NCBI GenBank assembly: GCA_041941785.1
Contig: CP145871.1
Span: 198,328-262,327 of the forward strand
Length of the DNA: 64,000 bases
Direction: 5' to 3'
From: Candidatus Dasytiphilus stammeri
GTDB taxonomy: Bacteria; Pseudomonadota; Gammaproteobacteria; Enterobacterales; Enterobacteriaceae
The translations under genes and the position numbers were made by a program. This document shows positions 59,460 to 64,000 of this stretch, piece by piece (position 1 is the stretch's first letter; every line of letters starts with the position of its first letter). The notes under the pieces were generated by a model, which was not told the origin of the DNA, did not search any database, and saw nothing but the letters and a program-made list of their open reading frames with translations.

Positions 59460-60605
59460 TTAGAATTCTTCCTTTAATAAGGAAATTTTATCTGTTTGTT
59501 CCCATGAAAAATGAGATCTACCAAAATGTCCATAAGAAGCGGTATCGCGATATATGGGTTGTAACAAGTCTAACATACTTATTATACCATATGGTCTTAG
59601 ATCAAAAAATTTTCGTATCAAATAAATTAAGTATTCATTAGATTTTTTACCAGTTCCAAAGGTTTCTACCATAATAGAAGTGGGTTCCGAGATTCCAATA
59701 GCATACGATACTTGGATCTCACAGCGATCAGCTAAACCTGCAGCTACAATATTTTTTGCTACATAACGAGCAGCATATGCTCCAGATCTATCTACTTTGG
59801 AAGGATCTTTTCCAGAAAAGGCTCCGCCCCCATGACGAGCCATGCCACCATAAGTATCTACAATAATTTTTCTACCTGTTAATCCACAGTCTCCCATAGG
59901 ACCACCAATTACAAATCTTCCAGTAGGATTTATAAAATATTTAGTATTATTATTTAACCACTGAGGAGGAAAGACCGGTTTAATAATTTCTTCCATAATT
60001 GCTTCCTGTAGCTGAATATAGGTTATTTCCTCACTATGTTGAGTAGAAAAAACTACTGTATCTACCCCCATAATTTTTCCACTATTATATTTAAAAGTTA
60101 CCTGACTTTTGGCATCAGGACGTAACCAAGGTAGCATTTTCATCTTTCGTAATTCAGATTGTCTTTTTACCAAACGATGAGCGTAAGTTAACGGAGCGGG
60201 CATTAATACATCGGTTTCATTAGTTGCATACCCAAACATGACCCCTTGATCTCCTGCTCCTTGGTCCCACGATTGAGCACGATTAATACCTAAATTAATG
60301 TCGGTAGATTGTTTTCCTATCGCATTGATTACTGCACATGAATTAGCATCAAAACCCATCTCGGAGTTAACATAACCAATTTTACGCACTGTATCACGAA
60401 CAATATCTTCAATATCTACCCACGCAGTAGTAGTAATTTCTCCCCCTACTAATACCATCCCAGTTTTAATGTAAGTTTCACATGCCACACGTGCTCTAAA
60501 ATCTTGCTGTATTATTGCATCTAATATGGCATCAGAAATTTGATCTGCAATTTTGTCAGGATGACCTTCAGATACAGACTCAGAAGTAAAAAAATATTCA
60601 GACAT
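59460..60605 (-). CDS. metK: S-adenosylmethionine synthase
   Basis: [24 protein letters not shown]...[12 protein letters not shown]...[19 protein letters not shown]. Confidence 0.97.
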   Translation of the reverse strand: MSEYFFTSESVSEGHPDKIADQISDAILDAIIQQDFRARVACETYIKTGMVLVGGEITTTAWVDIEDIVRDTVRKIGYVNSEMGFDANSCAVINAIGKQSTDINLGINRAQSWDQGAGDQGVMFGYATNETDVLMPAPLTYAHRLVKRQSELRKMKMLPWLRPDAKSQVTFKYNSGKIMGVDTVVFSTQHSEEITYIQLQEAIMEEIIKPVFPPQWLNNNTKYFINPTGRFVIGGPMGDCGLTGRKIIVDTYGGMARHGGGAFSGKDPSKVDRSGAYAARYVAKNIVAAGLADRCEIQVSYAIGISEPTSIMVETFGTGKKSNEYLIYLIRKFFDLRPYGIISMLDLLQPIYRDTASYGHFGRSHFSWEQTDKISLLKEEF

Positions 60606-60823
60606 TTTATTGCATTATCCTTATAACATCCATCTTGAAAAGAAAAAAATTGATACGAACAATCCCCTTTATAATCTGACTAAACATAAGTGATAATATT
60701 TAAGCAGATAAAAATATAAAACATTTTTTAATTTTAAAATAAATTAGATATTTTAACAATTGACAAATTTTCTATTAGGAAAAAATAGAAAAAATATAGG
60801 AGGTAAGAAAATTTTTTTCTTGA

Positions 60824-60857
60824 CCCCCTTGATGAGTTAAAAAGGAGCCCCACTTTT
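60824..60857 (+). promoter_or_regulatory. Sigma-32 (RpoH) heat-shock promoter of dnaK
   Basis: CCCCCTTGATGA (-35), a 14-nt spacer, then CCCCACTTT (-10), about 120 nt upstream of the dnaK ATG. The -35 block is identical to my recollection of E. coli dnaK P1 (CCCCCTTGATGA...CCCCATTTA). These G/C-rich blocks stand out in a spacer that is otherwise about 85% AT. Confidence 0.7.
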
Positions 60858-60979
60858 TAAGTATTAAAGTCCTGAACCTATATAAATAAAAAAAATACGG
60901 GCTCTTTAAAAAAGAGAAATTTAGCCCTTATGAAAAGGTTCACAGCTCTGTTGACGACTAAATTAGTGGAGACGTTAAG

Positions 60980-62914
60980 ATGGGTAAAATTATTGGTATT
61001 GACTTAGGAACCACCAATTCTTGTGTGGCAATTATGGAAGGTGGAAAACCTAGAGTATTAGAAAATGCTGAAGGAGATCGTACTACACCTTCAATAATAG
61101 CCTTCACTCAAGACGGAGAAACCCTAGTAGGTCAGCCGGCTAAGCGTCAGGCCGTAACTAATCCACAAAATACGTTATTTGCTATTAAACGGCTGATTGG
61201 ACGAAAATTTAAAGATGAAGAAGTACAACGGGACGTAAATATTATGCCATATAAGATTATAGCTGCTGCTAATGGTGATGCCTGGTTAGATATTAAAGGA
61301 AAAAAAATGGCACCTCCTCAAATTTCTGCCGAAGTTTTAAAAAAAATGAAAAAAACAGCGGAAGATTATTTAGGAGAATCTATTACTGAAGCCGTGATTA
61401 CTGTTCCCGCTTACTTTAATGATGCACAACGTCAAGCCACTAAAGATGCAGGTAGAATTGCTGGTCTGGAGGTTAAGCGTATTATTAATGAACCAACCGC
61501 AGCTGCATTGGCTTATGGGTTAGATAAGACTAAGACTAATCGTACTATTGCTGTCTACGATTTAGGAGGAGGAACTTTTGATATTTCTATTATTGAAATA
61601 GATGATGTAGATGGAGAAAAAACTTTTGAAGTGCTAGCTACTAATGGCGATACCCATCTAGGGGGAGAAGATTTTGATAGTCGTCTTATTAACTATTTAG
61701 TATCAGAATTTAAGAAAGACCAAGGCATTGATTTACGTAATGACCCTCTCGCTATGCAGCGTTTAAAAGAAGCGGCTGAAAAAGCTAAAATTGAACTTTC
61801 GTCTGCACAACAGACAGATGTGAATCTACCATATATAACGGCGGATTCGAGTGGTCCAAAACATTTAAATATTAAAGTGACGCGTGCAAAATTAGAATCT
61901 TTAGTAGAAGATTTAGTCAATCAATCTCTTGAACCAGTCAAAATTGCATTAAAAGATGCCGGATTATCGGTTAGTAATATTGATGATGTAATCTTAGTAG
62001 GAGGACAGACTAGAATGCCAATGGTTCAAGCAAAAGTAGCATCTTTCTTTGGTAAAGAACCACGTAAAGATGTTAATCCTGATGAAGCAGTCGCCGTGGG
62101 GGCCGCAGTTCAAGGAGGGGTCTTAGCAGGTGATGTTAAAGATGTATTGTTATTAGATGTTACTCCTTTGTCATTAGGCATTGAAACGTTAGGAGGAATA
62201 ATGACTTCTCTTATTGCTAAAAATACCACTATTCCTACTAAACATAGTCAAGTATTCTCTACAGCAGAAGATAATCAATCTGCTGTTACTATTCATGTCT
62301 TACAAGGAGAACGTAAGCGTGCGGCAGATAATAAATCTTTAGGTCAATTTAATCTTGATGGCATATATTCAGCTCCCCGAGGAATTCCACAAATTGAAGT
62401 CACCTTTGATATTGATGCTGATGGTATTTTACATGTTTCCGCAAAAGATAAGAAGAGTGGAAAAGAACAGAAAATTATTATTAAAGCATCGTCCGGATTA
62501 AATGAAAAAGAAATTCAAAATATGGTTCGAGACGCTGAATCACATGCTGAAGCAGATCGTAAATTTGAAGAATTAGTACAATTACGCAATCAAGCCGATC
62601 ATTTATCACATAGCACCCGTAAACAACTACAAGAAGTAAGTAGTAAGTTAGCTTCTGATGATAAAAAGAATATTGAAAAAGCATTAGAAGAACTAGATTC
62701 AGTAGTAAAAGGAGAAGATAAAGCTTCAATAGAGGCTAAAATACAATCCTTGATCCAAATCTCAAGTAAATTAATAGATCTTTATAAAACAGAAGAACAA
62801 TCCCAAGATGATTCCGTAACAAGAGGATCATCATCACCGAAGGAAACACGAAAAGATAAAGATGTGGTAGATGCTGAGTTTGAAGAAGTAAAAGAAGATA
62901 AAGATAAAAAATAA
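60980..62914 (+). CDS. dnaK: Molecular chaperone DnaK (Hsp70)
   Basis: [22 protein letters not shown]...[14 protein letters not shown]...644 aa. Confidence 0.98.
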   Translation: MGKIIGIDLGTTNSCVAIMEGGKPRVLENAEGDRTTPSIIAFTQDGETLVGQPAKRQAVTNPQNTLFAIKRLIGRKFKDEEVQRDVNIMPYKIIAAANGDAWLDIKGKKMAPPQISAEVLKKMKKTAEDYLGESITEAVITVPAYFNDAQRQATKDAGRIAGLEVKRIINEPTAAALAYGLDKTKTNRTIAVYDLGGGTFDISIIEIDDVDGEKTFEVLATNGDTHLGGEDFDSRLINYLVSEFKKDQGIDLRNDPLAMQRLKEAAEKAKIELSSAQQTDVNLPYITADSSGPKHLNIKVTRAKLESLVEDLVNQSLEPVKIALKDAGLSVSNIDDVILVGGQTRMPMVQAKVASFFGKEPRKDVNPDEAVAVGAAVQGGVLAGDVKDVLLLDVTPLSLGIETLGGIMTSLIAKNTTIPTKHSQVFSTAEDNQSAVTIHVLQGERKRAADNKSLGQFNLDGIYSAPRGIPQIEVTFDIDADGILHVSAKDKKSGKEQKIIIKASSGLNEKEIQNMVRDAESHAEADRKFEELVQLRNQADHLSHSTRKQLQEVSSKLASDDKKNIEKALEELDSVVKGEDKASIEAKIQSLIQISSKLIDLYKTEEQSQDDSVTRGSSSPKETRKDKDVVDAEFEEVKEDKDKK

Positions 62915-63056
62915 AAAAAATATTTACCGTTTTCGATTGATGAAGACGGTATAATGATACAATTGATAATCAGAGTAGAAAGTTTTAGACAGAAGCATCT
63001 AAGGGTATGTAGTTGCAGTACCCTTTAATTATATTAAGGATAGTAGGATTTTCGAA

Positions 63057-64000
63057 ATGGCAAAAAAAGATTATTATGAAATTTTAGGCGTTTCGAAATC
63101 CGCAGATGAACGTGAGATAAAAAAAGCCTATAAACGATTAGCTATGAGATATCATCCGGATCGAAATGCCGGTAATAAAGATGCAGAATCTAAGTTTAAA
63201 GAAGTTAAAGAAGCATATGAAATTCTAATAGATTCTCAAAAAAGATCGGCATATGATCAATATGGACATGCTGCGTTTGAACAAGGTTCAGCCAGTTATG
63301 AAAGTGAATTCAGTAACTCTAGTACTGATTTTAGTGAAATTTTTGGAGAAGTTTTTGGAGATATTTTCGGAAGTAGTCGGCGTAAACATCGACCATCCAG
63401 AGGTTCTGATTTACAATATACCCTAACTCTTACTTTAGAAGAAGCTGTACGCGGGGTAACGAAAGAAATACGTCTTCCCACCCTGGAACGATGTTCTCAT
63501 TGTCAGGGAAAAGGTTGCAAATTAGGTACTTCTCCCATCCAATGTTCGACTTGTCAGGGGAGTGGACAAATTCAATTACGTCAAGGTTTTTTTACCGTCC
63601 AGCAAACTTGTCCTTATTGTCACGGACAGGGGACACTTATTAAAGATCCATGTATATATTGTCGAGGACGAGGAAGAACAGAAAAAAATAAAATTCTATC
63701 CGTAAAAATTCCGGCCGGAGTAGATAATGGAGATCGGATTCGTTTATCAGGAGAAGGAGCAGCAGGAGAGCGTGGATCTTCAGCTGGTGATTTATACGTT
63801 CAAATTGAAGTAAAAAAACATCCCATCTTTGCCCGAGAGAAAAATAATCTATATTGTGAGGTTCCAATTAGTTTTGGAATGGCGGCTCTAGGAGGAGAAA
63901 TAGAAGTACCTACTTTAGGAGGACGTATAAAAATAAAAGTTCCGGCCGAAACTCAAACTGGAAAATTATTTCGTATGCGAGGTAAAGGAGTTAAATCATT
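63057..64000 (+). CDS. dnaJ: Co-chaperone DnaJ, 3' end outside window (not in ORF track because no stop is reached)
   Basis: Manual translation gives [37 protein letters not shown] (J domain with HPD), then a G/F-like region and CxxCxGxG zinc-finger repeats ([32 protein letters not shown]). Confidence 0.95.
   Translation, partial: MAKKDYYEILGVSKSADEREIKKAYKRLAMRYHPDRNAGNKDAESKFKEVKEAYEILIDSQKRSAYDQYGHAAFEQGSASYESEFSNSSTDFSEIFGEVFGDIFGSSRRKHRPSRGSDLQYTLTLTLEEAVRGVTKEIRLPTLERCSHCQGKGCKLGTSPIQCSTCQGSGQIQLRQGFFTVQQTCPYCHGQGTLIKDPCIYCRGRGRTEKNKILSVKIPAGVDNGDRIRLSGEGAAGERGSSAGDLYVQIEVKKHPIFAREKNNLYCEVPISFGMAALGGEIEVPTLGGRIKIKVPAETQTGKLFRMRGKGVKS

Noticed and set aside
63001-63025. A hairpin AAGGGTA-N11-TACCCTT in the dnaK-dnaJ spacer, considered as a terminator.
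   Set aside because: It has no downstream U-tract, and dnaJ is normally co-transcribed with dnaK. At most it is an mRNA-stability or attenuation element, so I did not call it as a feature.

Overview
This is a very AT-rich, gene-dense window (roughly 30% GC by eye, with spacers much lower). I found no transposases, prophage genes, CRISPR arrays or rRNA. It reads like a reduced-genome Enterobacterales insect symbiont of the Blochmannia / Wigglesworthia / Ishikawaella kind, but I cannot name the organism from sequence alone. About 50 housekeeping genes lie in blocks collinear with E. coli K-12: cca-tsaD-rpsU-dnaG-rpoD-ileX; pepA-valS; gapA; sppA; mutH-ygdQ; hflCK-miaA-mutL-glyV-orn-epmA-efp-epmB; ispA-xseB; mnmE-yidC-yidD-rnpA-rpmH | dnaN-gyrB; lysS-prfB-ygfZ-gcvPHT-rpiA-mscS-fbaA-pgk-tktA; trmB-yggT-ruvX-gshB-metK; dnaK-dnaJ. 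The genes that separate these in E. coli have been deleted or reduced to spacers. The one non-housekeeping island is an apparently intact four-gene Csu-like (SCPU / sigma-class) chaperone-usher pilus operon at 16.4-21.4 kb. It sits at a junction between two syntenic blocks and is the most interesting thing here. Other notable points: (1) dnaG is split by a -1 frameshift in an A9 run. (2) dnaA and recF are absent from the rpmH/dnaN/gyrB locus. (3) The prfB programmed +1 frameshift is conserved. (4) tRNA-Ile2 has lost its encoded CCA while cca is retained. (5) hfq and hflX are deleted. (6) Two spacers look like decayed tsaE and yggS. (7) The gcvT-rpiA spacer holds a candidate 6S RNA. (8) dnaK has a near-E. 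coli-identical sigma-32 promoter. Product calls rest on my reading of the translated ORFs against remembered E. coli sequences and motifs. No database search was run.
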